DNA of 64,000 nucleotides from Nageia nagi. Taxonomy: Eukaryota > Plantae > Pinophyta. The notes under the pieces are model-generated. The model was not told the DNA's origin and searched no databases. It worked only from the letters and a program-made list of their open reading frames with translations. Made by a program: the position numbers and the translations under genes. Location: contig JBITNC010000001.1 in NCBI GenBank assembly GCA_050084985.1, positions 134,788,001 to 134,852,000 on the forward strand, read 5' to 3'. Numbering within the stretch: the stretch's first letter is position 1; every line of letters begins with the position of its first letter. This document shows, one piece after another, positions 1 through 14,347 of the stretch.

Positions 1-3000
1 TAAGAATGAACAGGCCATCATAAAACCCATTTTGGCTAAAGGCCAACATGGCAGAACATGTGGTCTTGGATTGGAACCCTCTAATCTTCCCCACCACCTT
101 CCCCCGAAGCTCAAGTACACACTAGAAGTGATCAACAAGACACTACACACATCTAGGATGAGTGATTGCATTGCATAATGATGATAGGTCCTTTAGAGGA
201 GATCTAGGCCTACTACGCAGAACCATTCTTACCTCCTACAGCACCCATCCGAATTGATATTTCAATAATGATGATGTTATCCTAGAGAAGTTGGGGACAC
301 AAACTGAGTTCCCCAAGTCCAATGAGAAGAGGCTTGCAATATGGATCTTGAAGTATCAAGCATACTTTGGTGAGGAGGTCTACATGGATGATGCAGATAT
401 TACATGTTGATTCTTCACCTTATCTTTGTCTTTAATGTATTTTTGTGTGTTTCATGTTTGTTTTTCACTGAATCAATCCTAAGTATAGGGTTTTGTTCTT
501 TTTTATGTATTTTTTCTCTCTTGAATGGAGCATCATCATTGGGTTTCTAGCATCACCACTCTATTATCTCAACCTCTCATGAATGAGTTTGGATGTAGGA
601 CTAGGGCATTGCCTATGCCTCCCCAACTTAGTGACAAAATGTCCTATCTTAGTGAAGAAATATTAGAAGTCAATATCGATACCCAAGAGAACCTACGATT
701 ATTCAAAATAGGAGCATGGTTAACCTTGGAATAATGAGAAAGGTATCAGCTACTATTTTTTAAGTTCATTGATATCTTTGCTTGGTCTTATTTTGATATG
801 CCTGGTCATGATCCTAATTTTGTCACTCATAGTCAAGTTATCATGAAAATGTCAAACCTATCTAGAAAAAGCCTAGAAAAATGCATCCTTGAGTTGGTCT
901 TACCATTAAAAAAGAGATTGAAAAATATCTTGCTACTAGTTTCATTGTCCCTATTGATTATTCTCCATGGATATATAACATTAATCCTATAGCTAAGCCT
1001 GATGGTGAGATTAAATGTTGCATAGATTTTAGAGACATCAATAAGGCATGCCTTAAAGATGCCTTTCCCTTGCCTAACATTGATATGATTGTAGATTCAA
1101 TATTTAACCATGAAATCATATCTTCCATGGATGGATTCTCTAGCTACAATCAAATTTGTACCAAAATGGAGGATCAACATAATACAACTTTTGTTACTCC
1201 TTGGGGCACCTTTTATTGGGTTGTCATGCCTTTTGTATTGAAGAACATTGGTGCAACTTATCAAAGAGACATGATCAACATGTTTCATGACATGATTCAT
1301 GAGTGTGTTGAGGTCTATGTGGATGGCATTCTAGCCAAATCAACATCAAAATACAACTATCTTGCATACTTAAGGAAGATCTTTCAAAGGATGAGAGTGT
1401 ACAAGTTGAAGCTAAAACCCCAAAAGTGTACATTTTGGGTATAATCAAGAAAATTGCTTAGGTTAATTATGTCAAGAAGAGGCATTGCATTGGATCCTAG
1501 GAAATTCATAGCCATTGTTGATCTCCCACCTCCAAGAAACTTGAAATACTTAAGAAGTCTTTCTAGTAAAGTACAAGTAATCAGAAGGTTCATTGCATAG
1601 CTAGCAGACATGACTACTCCATTCTCTCATTTGTTGAAGAAAGGAGAGAAGTTCATTTGGGATGACAAGTGTCAAAAAGATCTAGATAACATAAAAAGGT
1701 TGGGCATATCCTTTGAGATTCCTCATGTCCAATTTTTATTTATCCAGAAGAGTAGTAAAGTGGGTGATGTTACTCCAAGAATTTGACTTGGTTTTCGTCA
1801 CTCAAAAGATAATAAAAAGATAATCCATAGCAGATTTCATCACCAATCATCCAAGAAATGAAGGATCTAGCACCCAAGAGAAGTTTCCAAATGAAAGGGA
1901 TGATCAAACCTCATGCCATATGAGCATTGCTACTAGAATCTAGCATTATTGTTTGATTCCTAAATTAGAATACCCAAACATTTTTGCAAAAGATAATAAA
2001 TGGATACTATATTTTGATGGCTCAAAGTGCATTAACAAAGCTGGGGTACTAATTGTCCTTATCAATCATAATGGTGATATTATTTATATATCTTACCATC
2101 TAAGCTATGATTGTACTAATAACATGGTAGAATATAAAGCTCTTATCCTAGTTCTAAAGGTTGCTAACCTCCTAAAAGTGAAGAAGATCAGAATCTTTGG
2201 TGATTCTCAATTAATAATCAAGTAGGTATCCCACATCTACAACACCAAAGATCCCAAGTTACAACCATACAAGGAAATGGTTGAATTTCTACTCATGTAC
2301 TTTTCATATTATCAAATTGAAAAAATTCCAAGAGATAACAACAAGCATGTGGATGCTATGGCTAGTATTGCTTCCCTTTCCCCCATCAACATTGAAGATG
2401 AGAAAACCATTCTCACCATAAAGAACATTGGTAAGCCTTCCCATGAATGTGATATCCAAATCTTCATTGAAGGTAAATATTTTTCTGCCACTTATATCAA
2501 TACATGTGAATGGTATCAAGATATCTTCACTTATCTTAAAAATGGTATTTTCCCTACTTCATTTGATCATAATGCTAGAATTCAACTTAAAAAGCTAGTT
2601 GCAAAATATATCATTCTTGGTGATGTATTGTATAGGAGGACATTTGAGAGTGCATTTCTTATGTGTCTCATACGTAATGAAGTAAATATAGCTATTTATC
2701 AAGCTCATGATGGTCTTTGTGGTGGTCATTTCAATTATAAACATGTTTATCAAAAATTGCTTAGACTTCATTATTATTGGCCTACTATGTGTGAGGATTA
2801 TGAAATGCATATTAGAAAGTGTGAGAAATGTCAAAAGAATGCTAGATTGCAACCTTCTCCTTCTCATGAATTGCACTCTATTGTATCTCCTTAGCCAATT
2901 TCTATATGGGCACTTGATTTTATTAGCAAAATTAACCCTATTTCAAGAGATGGACACAAGTTTATCATTACATCTATAGAATACTTCACCAAGTGGGTGG

Positions 3001-4440
3001 AGGCCATACATATGAAGTTAGATAAGGGAGGTAAAATTGTTTATTTCCTTGCTGAATTTATCATTTCTAAATATGATGTTCCTTCTACGTTGCTAATAGA
3101 AAATGGTACTAGCTTCAAGGGCAATGAAGTTAGAGATTTTTGTGTTGAATATCATATTGAAAAGAAGTTCTCCTCTCCCTATTATCCTCAAGGAAATGTT
3201 CAAGTTGAAGCATAAAACAATATCATCAAAAGCATCCTATTCAAAATTATAGCGCAACATGGTAAAGATTGGCATGAACAACTTCCTTATGCTTTGTGGG
3301 CCTATAGAACCAACATCAGAACATCCATAGGTGCCACTCCTTTCTCCCTCATGTATGGAGATGAAGTTGTTGTCCCTCTTGAACTTGAAATAGCATCCCT
3401 TCATGTCTCCTTATATGGTCTCATTCTTGATGAAGATAGATGAAAATCTAGGTTAGCCCAACTAGAAGCCCTAGATAAAAAGAGAGTCAATCCTCTAGAA
3501 CACCTTGGTGCCTATCACTCTTGTATTCAAAGAGCCTATAGTAAGAAAATAATTCCTATAGAGTCCAAAATAGGTGACCTTATCTTGAAAGAGAACCTTG
3601 CCAATACCAAAGCACTTGAAAATGAAAAGAAAAAAAAAATTGAGCCCAACTGGATTGGTCCTTACATTGTCATTGCCAACTATGGAAAAGGTGCATATGA
3701 ACTATCAATAATTGAAAGGAAAAGAGGAACAAAATCCTATAAATATCATGCATCTGAAACAAAATTCATGTCTAATATCACTTTTTCATGTAAATATATA
3801 TTTTTGTATTTCTGTATCTTAACACTATAGGTCAAAATCTTCTATAACCCAACACTATCGCTCAATTCTAAGCATCATTATTACGTTCAGGTCATATCAG
3901 CCAACAAGTAAAAGAACCAATAGGTATCATGCCTACTTATCACTACAAAAATTGGTCATAATTTCAATTTATCATACATATTACTATCAAAATATCATTA
4001 ACTAATCCCTTTGCATGCAAGAACCATCATCAAGTGACTTGGGAATCCAAGTCAGTTCAAATATCCAACTATCATTGCTATCATCCTTCTTGGAATGAAA
4101 TGAACTAATAAATAATATGCAATCATCAACAAAATTGCATAGCAACATGGTGGCTTGAGGCAACCAAACTAGGTCAAACATCCAATCATCATCAATATTC
4201 TTGTATTTGTCAATAACCTATGCAGGTTTCATTATTCTTTGCCTTGGACTACTCTATGAAGTGTCACACTTCATTTCACAACCAAGTCAAAGAGGGAGCA
4301 TAATATCAACAAACTTGAAGCATCTTAAATCATTTCCAAACATCACAATATCAAGGAGTACTCTTTTACTCTAATCTATTTTTATTTTACTTTGTATTAT
4401 GTTTTGAGTACCTTTCAAATCATATTCAAAGTGGGGCATC
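1..4440 (+). mobile_element. Decayed Ty3/gypsy Tat/Ogre-type internal region (RT, partially deleted RH, aRH, INT); 5' part lies outside the window
   Basis: RT motifs MDGFSSYNQI, VMPFVLKN and YVDG (1070-1444); additional RNase H WILYFDGS..NNMVEYKAL..IFGDSQL (1953-2400); integrase HDGLCGGH..C-x2-C and SSPYYPQGN (2700-3400); many stops and frameshifts; RH internally deleted near 1700; PPT-like CAAAGTGGGGCATC immediately before the LTR. Confidence 0.9.
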
Positions 4441-5203
4441 TGTTAACACCTAAAAAGGAATTTTGAATTAATTAAAATACTTTTTTGGGTATCTAAAGTA
4501 TATTTATTTATTTACTTAAATAAATTTCTATTATCTATAAAGTGCACACTAATCTAACTTTATGTTTTATGGTAATAGGTGGGTTAGCCTCACAATAAGC
4601 CCAAGAAGGTGTCTTGGCACTTACATGTTGCCTATAAAGGTGGAAATATGTGCATGGCCTTTGTAATACAAGATAATAATACTCTTACAATTGCCATTAT
4701 CATCCTAAAACCTTGATAGGTGCACTTCTAATGTCTCTAATACAAGTATTTCTTAATGCCACCTATCAATATTGGAAATTTTTATACTTGAAGCATCTCT
4801 ATGATCATTATCCCATTCACATGTATTTTTTAACTATTGAAGGTCTAACAAAAATAACAAATTAAGATCAAAGTCAATCTGAGCACATAATAAAGCATCG
4901 TCATTGGGTTTTGGGTGTTGTTGTTGGGTTCTTAAGAGGTTCAAAGATCTAGCTTTGGGTACCAATCATCATTTGTCATCATTGGATCAAAAGTTACCTT
5001 CATTCATCGTCATAGGTTTGTATCTTTCATTTTCTAGTATTGATAGGTTAGTGTCATAAATATCTTCATTTGCTTGCTTTGTCCATCTATATAGCTATTA
5101 GGGAATTTGTTAACTTTACATTTAATCATCTATAATATATTGTGTTAGGTTTATTTAATTAATTTCTTTTATAGTAAAAACACATAACCTATAGTTGGTA
5201 ACA
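4441..5203 (+). repeat. Probable 3' LTR of the Ogre/Tat element
   Basis: Begins TGTTAAC right after the purine tract and ends GGTAACA (imperfect terminal inverted repeat); no partner LTR in the window. Confidence 0.6.
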
Positions 5204-6244
5204 AAAGTTATTCCTGAAAGGGTGGAGATATTTACATAAATCTGTAGAATAATTCTTAAAATAGAAAAAGTTGAGTTTTATTAATTGAAGGATAATAAAC
5301 CTGGAGATATGCATTATTAAATAGATACTGATGTTGAAGTAAGAAAAGAGTAACAGGGTAGAATATGTTAGTGATTGTTACTAGGTTTTGAGCTACAATG
5401 AATATACTTAAATGAAGAACATGAATATGTAGTATTCTTCTCGATGATATGTGAAGGTGTGTAAGATGATTAGATTGTATGTTTTTGTTCCTAATGTGAA
5501 TGAATGTGTGAGAAACAAGTTTGTTAAGGTAGAAGATGTTCTGTTAAATAGAGTATCAAGGTATGATAAGTTGTTAAAATGTATGAGCTACAATATGCTT
5601 AAATGAAGACATAAATAAGTTGTAGTACAAGGGAGTGAAATTGTTGAGGAGATGCAATAGAAAAACAAAATGTGTTATCTAAATGGGTGAATGACATGAT
5701 AGTGAATATGTGCAGTGATATATTGATAAATATAATATGATTATTGTCTATGAAGATTGATTACAAGATTCAAATAGAGGTATCTGGAGGTGAAGTTCGA
5801 TGAGATACAAACCAAGATGGGATCTATGAACAATGAAGGCATCTTTATATGCCAAACTAATTATTATGCTTCGAATTTCAAGTAGTTTCTTGGCACAAGG
5901 GTTGGTGTTCCTTCTAATTAGTGCTGATAAAGCAAGGGTTGGTACTCCTTTCAGTTGGTGCTCATAAAGCAGGGGTTGATGCTCCATATGGTTGGTGCCA
6001 ATAAATGATTGTAAACTTTATGCTTTGTAAGGACTATATTTGGACCATGATCCAAGCATTATTATCTAGGGATGTATCCATATTGGTGAATCTTGTTATA
6101 TCTTATGTTGTGCAATGCTCCCTTAATGTGTTTTCTTTATTTTAGTTTTAATTTCTACTACATTGGATTTAAGCACTTAATATTTAAGTTTAAATGTATA
6201 ACACACTGATTCACCCCCCTCTCAATGTCATTGTGTGACTAACA
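5204..6244 (+). repeat. 3' portion of a copia-type LTR into which the Ogre/Tat element inserted
   Basis: Ends with the motif ATTCACCCCCCTCT...CTAACA typical of copia LTR 3' ends; non-coding. Confidence 0.5.
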
Positions 6245-9153
6245 TAAATACATTTTACCATTAAGGTGATAAGAGATGTGCAAATCCATGTCTGGAACTA
6301 CAACTATTAGATAAAGAAGGTTTTGTACATGTGAGGACTCATAAAGAATCTCTTTTCTATTAGTTAAATGTTAGATCATAGTTTGTGAGTGAAGTTTTAT
6401 AGTTTGTATAAAGATAAATATTATCTTATTTGATATAAATCCATAGATTCTTGAATTGTGGCTCAAGCATCGAAAATTGAAAAGATAGTTCTACTTAATG
6501 TTGTGGCTTCCAACAATTAAGCACTCACTTTTCATGTCACAAATATCATCACTCTTTAACATCTATAATATGGATACATGAATCCTAACTACCTAATTAC
6601 CTTGCAAAAGAAGAATATGGTATGTGGTATTTCAACTTTTTCTTTTTTTTTTAATATTTTCTTCACATTCATGAAAATAAAATAACATAAAAATCATTTC
6701 AAGACTGGAACACATCATACTAAGGTACCTCATCATGTTTTTCATAGTGATCTATGTGATGTCATAAAGGCTAGTTACAATAGCTTCTAATATTTCCTAT
6801 TTTTTGTTAATGGCTACTCTTGGAAGATATGAATGTATTTCTTGAGAGTAAAATTAAAGATTTTTTAATACTTCAAGGAGTTCAAGCCTCATGTGTAAAA
6901 TGCTACTAGTTATCACATCCATGTCCTCCTCACAAATCAAGGGGTAGAGTACATACATTATATGAATTTTATATATTCTTAAGAGAGAATGTGATTTGAT
7001 GATAATTTACCACATCATATATAATATAATAAAAGAAAGTTATTAACTGATGAACTCATATCATAGTGGAGATGGTATCGAGCATGTGGAAGGATATAAA
7101 GTTGAAATCAACATTTTAGGTTGAGGTAGTGAATACTACAATGTATTTATTGAATAAATCACCTATAAAGGATCTTGAAAGAATGAATCATGAATAAGCA
7201 TTATTAGTGGTAAAACCAACCATTACTTATATGAATATTTGGTTGCACTACCTACATGCACTTTCTCAAATAGAAATAGATGATGTTGGAAGGTAAATTC
7301 TTGAGGTACATTCTTCTCGGGTATAGTAGTGAATCCAAAGGTTATAGGATCATAGATCCTACTACTTAGAATATATATGTGAGAAAAGATATTATCTTTT
7401 ATTAGACTAGTGACCCCTCAACCAATCGACTTACATCACCATGTAATATTAAAAATATTCTTGGCATCATTCTTGATGATGACGATGATGGGAGTAGTAG
7501 TTTCAGTTATGAATTTTCCACCTAATGACTCTAGATTATCAATATGGTATAAGTATATAGGATTCACATTTTTGAGTGCTAAGGACACACAACATGGCTC
7601 ATGAGAAAGTGATTTGTCTAGAATTAATGAGTACAATGATGAATAGTCATGAACCTAAGATTATTTTTGAGGCCCTTGAGTTACCCTAATAGAAATCAAC
7701 CATGGAGAGTGAATATGATGCCTTGATGAGGAATTATATATGAGATTTAGTAGATCTTTCAATTGAGAGAAAATCCATTAGATACAAGTGGATGTTCAAG
7801 AAAAAGTATAAGGTTGATGAAATACTTAACAATCATAAGGTGAGACTTGTTGAAATTATATGCACATGAAGAAGAAATTAATTAAGAGGATAATTTTGCA
7901 CCTATAGATAAGCTCAAGACTATTTGAATTTCATTTATAATGGTGGCATAGTTTGGTTAGAAGAAATATTAGATAGATGTCAAGAGTAAATTCCTAAACA
8001 AATACTTGGAGGAAGATGTCTACATATAGTAACCTAAGGAATTTTTTTGTTGACCTAGATAAGGGAAAGGTATATAGATTGATTAAGTCTTTATGTGATT
8101 TAAAATAGGATCCAAGATCCTGGTACAGTAAATTTTATGAGGATTACTTATGATCCTAGTCTCTACCTTTAAAAATATGAGAGAGATTGTTAACATTGTA
8201 GTGTATTTCAATGATTTGGTCATCATAGGGAATACTAGGGAGTTAATTCTATCTTGTAAGGATGAACTCAAAAAATCATTTGATAAGATTGATCTTGGTT
8301 TACTTCATTATTATCTTAGATTTGATGTTTGCTAAATACATGACTGTATATTTATTTTACAAATGAAGTATATCAAGAGATTGTTGGAGAACTTTAGGAT
8401 GACAACATGCCATCCCTTGGCCACACAAAATGAACCTAGTTTACATCTATTACACCATGATAGTTCTCCATACTATCATCAGTTGATTGGAGGTTTAATT
8501 TACCTAACATATAGCAGGTCATACATTAGCTATGTTGTTAGTTATCTTTCTAGGTTCATATATGAACCAAATATATCTCATTAAACAACAGCTAAGTATG
8601 TCTTGAGATATGTCCATGGTGATCAAAATGGCCTAGAGCATAAGAATAATGATAAATTCTTCTTGATTGGATACATAGATGTAGATTATGGAGGATCCTT
8701 GGATTATATGAGGTTGATAACTACACATACATATTATTCCTTGGATTTGGACCAATTTCTTGGGGAAGTAAGAAATAGAGTATCACATTCAAATCTACCA
8801 CAAAGTCGAACTACCATATTTTTGTAGAAGTTATTTGTGACATAGTATTATTATATTACATTTTTTATAGATATTAGGATTTCACATAGTTGGCCTGTAA
8901 TTTTACATTATGAAAATCAAGGTGCATTAAAATGGATTCATAATCATATTTTTCATGAACATAATAAACACATTGAGATATAAATGCACTTCATTTGTAA
9001 CCATGTTTCACTACACAAAATTCAGGATTGCTACTATTCTACAAACGAGTAAATTGCATATATATTCACCAAGTCTCTTGATTGTGGAAGGTTTGAAATT
9101 TTTTGGATCTTCATGTCTTATTCCTTAAGGACCTAATCTATTATGGTGGGAAA
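6245..9153 (+). mobile_element. Heavily decayed Ty1/copia pol (INT-RT-RH)
   Basis: Remnants IVVYFNDLVIIG (YVDD-like), DLGLLHYYL, LIGGLIYLTYSR, GYIDVDYGG and KHIEI; PPT-like TGGTGGGAAA followed by TGTTAGG at 9154 (3' LTR start; its end was not resolved). Confidence 0.85.
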
Positions 9154-11319
9154 TGTTAGGAATAATACAATAGATTGGTAGATGATTTTAGAATATAGTT
9201 AATGTTGGAGGAGTATAATTATTTTAACTCTTTAACTTCTTATTTATAGCTTATAGTATTTATTCATGTTTTAGTAATACAATAATCATTGCAGCTTATC
9301 ATCATCTCTCAATACCACATGAGAAATTTACTTTCAAAATTATTCAAATTGTCTTTCTTATATCAATTGGTGAAATATAGTTCTATGAAGGTATCATGGT
9401 TATAATCAAAATTTGCTTATAGTTCTCAATGATGGTTCAATGATCCTCCTTGATTATTTGAAACTTATATCATATTGAGGAAACTAATGAAGGACAATAC
9501 CAAGTATAAGGGTGACACATATTGAGGAAACCCATGAAGAACAACATTGATTGGCTTCGTATATTTTTCTTCTACATCTTGTGTAAAAGAGATTTTATCT
9601 ATATCCCCTTAATTTGAGTTTTGTCTACCTCCTCATTCTCTAAAAAAACTACTTATACCTATATTATGCCTACTATTGTATCTCCTAAAAGAGGAAACCT
9701 AGGTTTAATGCTTACCTTTCTATCATGCAACACATATTATTTCACCATGGAGGTCAACTTTTTATACAAAGGCTTTCAATTAATTTATCAAACAAACTAT
9801 CAAAAATGAGTGTTTTTAATTGGTTGCTTACTTGGAGAGACTCAAGATAGGTAGAGTGAGTGGGAAGTAGAACTTTTATGAAGGTTTTCAAATACATGTC
9901 TAATTTTCCTCTTACAACATTTATATCTTGTTTTATTGATTTATGAGGAAATCATGATTTTGTCATCATTCAACTCAAGATTGAATAATTTCAATTAGAT
10001 TTGAATGAATTTGAACTTTAAGTTAAATAATTCCTTAAGTTGTTTGTATACTTCCCATTCTATATTGAAATTATTAATGTATTAGTAAACTTCTCTACTA
10101 CTTGATGCTCAAATAAGGGTAAGATCCTTGGAATGTTTGTGTTTCCATATGGCTAATTCTTTTGAATCTAGTGGCCCTTGAGGTTTTGTTATACTACCAC
10201 AAATATTTATCCATAAATCATTGAAGGTTAAGGTGTTATCCATTTCTTTGTACCATTCTGACCAAGTATATTTATTTGGTCAATGTGTTTTGATTAATGT
10301 AATAAAAAGAGTGCATTTTGAGAGTTTGTATGATACAAACATTGTATATATTCAAATTATTTCAAAATATGAGATATAAATTTTAAACAATAAATTGTCG
10401 TAAGAAGAATCAAAATGTAGAAAAAAATAACTTCATTTTATGAAAACTAAAATAAAATATGCCAGAATTTTACAAAGAAAACACCACTAATGGGGATGTA
10501 TACCTTTAAAGGAGTTTGTGACTAAAAAATGGTTTCCATTCTCATCATGCTACCAATTATTCTAATATATATGGAACAATTGGATGGAATTGGATAGAAA
10601 GTTATGGTAAAGCATGAGACTTGTGAATTAATTAAACCTTTGTTTCATGATCAAGAATGTTTCATACTAGTACTCCCATTTAATAATTGAGAGATATCTT
10701 TAGTGACTTGATCAAAATCCATTAAAAATCCCTTAAGTAAACCATCACACCAAATTGTAGTTACAATATCTTACCTACATTCTCTAAACTAACAAATATG
10801 AAAATATTTATTAAAAATAATAAAATAAAACTTTATGCTTGAATAAATATAAATATTCATACATAGTATACTTACTAGTTTATAGTAAGAGACACTATTT
10901 TAATTAAATGGTTTGTACTTCAAAAAAAAAAAAGATTTAAGCACATACTAAATACATTATTTTCATGTGTATTTTAATTAAGGGAAAATTACTAGAATAG
11001 CTTTCACAAAACCACTAATCACAAAATTAGTCTTATTAAATCTTTATTTACAAAAATAACCTTGACTTGGCCAGCAAATATTTTCTAGCCAACATGTGCA
11101 TCTTTATTGCCATAACTATTTTGGAACCACTGAACAAACTTAAGATTCTCTACTAAAAATCTAATTTTTTCATAAAGGAAATGAAAAGACCCCATCCGTT
11201 GCCAATCGACATACACATTTCTACCATTGCGAATAATTGACCACATCATCAATATTTCGCCATACATATCTATGTTGTTGGTGCACTTACGGAAGTATTT
11301 ATTTTCTTATCATAGTAGA

Positions 11320-11680
11320 AACATCATATTTATATTATTAAACATAATGTGTATATGCTTAAATATCATGTGTATAGTAGTAAACATCATGAGTATATGC
11401 TTAAACATTGTGTGTGTGTCATCGACATGAATTCCTATGTGTATGTAATGTAGAAATGTCATACATATATAAATAAATGTAATGTGTATATCATGAGCAT
11501 GGCCTATATCAAAAATAATCCTTGTTTGCACATGAAATACAATGGTTGTATGTAAATCATTAAGGATTATGCATATAGGATCAAAGGTTGTACGTATGTT
11601 ATTAAACGTCCTGCATATATCATTAAAGGTTACATGTATATCATCAAAGGTTGAATATGTATCATCAAATGTTGTACTAT
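11320..11680. repeat. Degenerate ~21-bp tandem repeats inside the MULE
   Basis: Units such as TTAAACATAATGTGTATATGC and ATCATCAAAGGTTG are repeated; they explain the periodic ORFs at 11227-11531. Confidence 0.6.
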
Positions 11681-12077
11681 GATGCTTTCTCTATTATGGA
11701 TTCATTGCCCTTGCTAATATCGAGTTCATGATGAACTGATAATGGTCCTTATGTCCTTTTTATGCAATATGATCATATCGAGCATCTGCACTAACAATAT
11801 TGGTTGAGTTTGGATTTCCCAAAAAATGCCAAAAGTAGAATGCCATTAATTCCCAATTTATGTATAGTCAAAGCGATATTGTGAAACTCTCTCTGCTTTG
11901 GATTGGGACTTTATTTGATTGATCTTCTCTTGCTGAAATTTGAAGAGTTTGGTAGAGTGGGCAATAAAGGAGGGCAATTTGGGATCCCCTCTACTGAGAA
12001 AGTAAGCAAAGGAAAAATACAAAGATGTGTCAGCATGGATCCACATGGGCGATAATCTTTCTATCTAGGGGAGCCTA

Positions 12078-14347
12078 TGTTCAAATCCCAAATAGCTTAC
12101 AAGAGAGCTAGACCGAGTCTAGGAAGTTATGGTACATTACAAGCCTATGATTTTTGCAGCCATGTTGGAAATTGAGCATGATATTTTGGGCCAAGTTTTG
12201 ATTTTCAACTCTTTATTTTCTAACAAGTATACACAAGGTCGGTTTGTAGGTTTCAATCATTCAAGTAGAGGTCAATCAAGACTAATCAATCGGGGTGAAA
12301 ATTGGTTAGGTGCTTGCTAGCTCAGCTAGCCAATTAGTAGGATGATCAAGTCAAAGTTTGATGGGTGACATGTTAGAGGCAACCATACCTAATGGAGTCA
12401 GTAAGGTGATCAAGATCAATCTAATCCAAGTAACTTATGAATCCAAAGGCATAAAAGCTCTATTTTGAGCATGTAAACTCACTTTTTTTTGTTCTAAGTT
12501 TGAAAACTAATGTTTCCATTGATGGTGATTTCTTACATGGATTTTTAGCTTTAGTTTGGTCTAAAATTAAGCTATGTATGAATCTATATAATTGTATGTA
12601 AGATTTATTGTACTTAAATATTGAAAAAAGAGGTACAAGGGAGAATTGGAGAGTATAGTTTATATATGACTAAGAAATAGAATGAGATACTGTTGTAGTG
12701 AGGATTCTTATGTAACCAAAGAGAAAGTATAATGGTGTTATTGTTGGTTGTATCTCTTAGTGGCTCTGGATTAATTGAATTAAAGATTGGATATTCCCCA
12801 TGGATGTAGCCCACACTAGGTGAACCACATTACATGCTTGTGTCTTCTCTTGTGTGATCTTGTTTGCTTAAAGCTTCTTCTAAATTGGGTTAATTGGATC
12901 ACTCAAACTTTATTTTTATATATTGAATCCTAAGAAGTCGTATCTGATCTTCAAGTTTTGAAGAGAGAGATTAGGTTTTGAAGGAAAGGATTATGGATTA
13001 AGTGGGAGCAATGGTAGAAGAAGGAAGATTGAGGAAGATTTGAGAGGGTAAGCCAAAGTTTCCCCGTAGCTTCAAGAGTTTATATATTGATGATGGTGAA
13101 TGTTTGACACAAAAGAAATCCATGAAGAAGTGGGAGTTTGTTAGCATGGATAGGGAGATGAAATCCTTGATGAAAGATCAAAGTGTTTTGATAGCGAAGC
13201 TGCCTATAGTTATAGATGTTGTGCATGATGTTTGTGTATGCAGGATGGAAATGGAGGAGAAAGGAGTGCGCAAGGAAAGTCTTGATATAAAATTATATGT
13301 ACAATATGATGGTATGATCCATGGATTTGGAAGCATGTACCGATGGAGGTTCGTGGAACATCAAAGGCTAAAGTTAACAAGTGGTATGATTTGGTTGAGA
13401 TTTATGGTGAGTTAGGTTGAAGAACTTAATGAAGGTGCAAAGGTGGAATTAGGGGTTCTCCCAATTCCAAGTGATCTCAAGGTTTGAGAGGTTAAGATGA
13501 GAGTATTCAGATCCTAAGTTGCAGGTGTTGCATGAATCAATCTCAAAGTGGAAGATTCTTGGGAATTGAACCTAATTTTTTGGTTCAAGTTTTGAGTTTC
13601 AACTCTTTATTTTCTAACCAATATGCACAGGATTAGTTTGCAGGTTCTAATTAGTCGAGTGGAGGTCGATCAGGGCTAATTGATTGAATGGAAGTCGATC
13701 AAATGATTGGTAGGCTAGTCAACCATTGGGAGGTCAATAAGCCAATCGATAGCTCGATCAAGTTAAGGTTTGACAGGTGATATGTTAGAAGTAATTGGAC
13801 CTGATGGAGCTAGTCAACTAATCGATACCAATCTGATCCTATCCAGTTATGACTCCAAAGGCGTAAATCTCTATTTTGAGCTTGTAAACTCACTCTTACT
13901 TTGTTTTAAGTTTGGAAACTAACTTTTCCATTGATGGTGATTTCTTACATAGATTTCTAGCTTTATTTTGGTCTAAAATTAAGATATGTATGAATATATT
14001 TAATTGTATGTAAGATTCATTGTAATTAAGCATTAAAAAGAGAGTTGTAAGGGAGAATTTGAGAGTAGAGTTTGTACATGACTAAGAAATACAAAGATAG
14101 ACTGTTGTAGTGAGGATTCTTATGTAACCAAAGAAAAAATATAGTTGTGTTATTTTTGGTTGAATCTCTTTGTGGCTTTGGACTAATTGAATAAAGGACT
14201 AGATATTCTCTGTGGATGTAGCCTCCATTAGGTGAACCACATTACATGCTTGTATCTTCTTTTGTGTGGTCTTATTTGTTTAAAGTTTCTTCTAAATTGA
14301 GTTAGTTGGATTGCTCAAACTTTATTTTTATATATTGAATCCTAATG
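12078..14347 (+). mobile_element. Short non-autonomous LTR element (TRIM/LARD-like, copia-derived) nested in the MULE
   Basis: Direct repeats ~12078-12935 and ~13504-14347 (TGTTCAAATCC/TATTCAGATCC ... TTGAATCCTAA); degenerate Met PBS AGTCGTATCTGATC at 12936; ~570-bp internal region with a copia RT-start-like remnant WEFVSMDREMKSLMK; GAGCC on both flanks as a possible TSD. Confidence 0.75.

Noticed and set aside
9400-10900. Possible decayed TE coding remnants
   Set aside because: Too degenerate to assign
11227-11531. Hydrophobic periodic ORFs on both strands
   Set aside because: By-product of ~21-bp tandem repeats in the MULE
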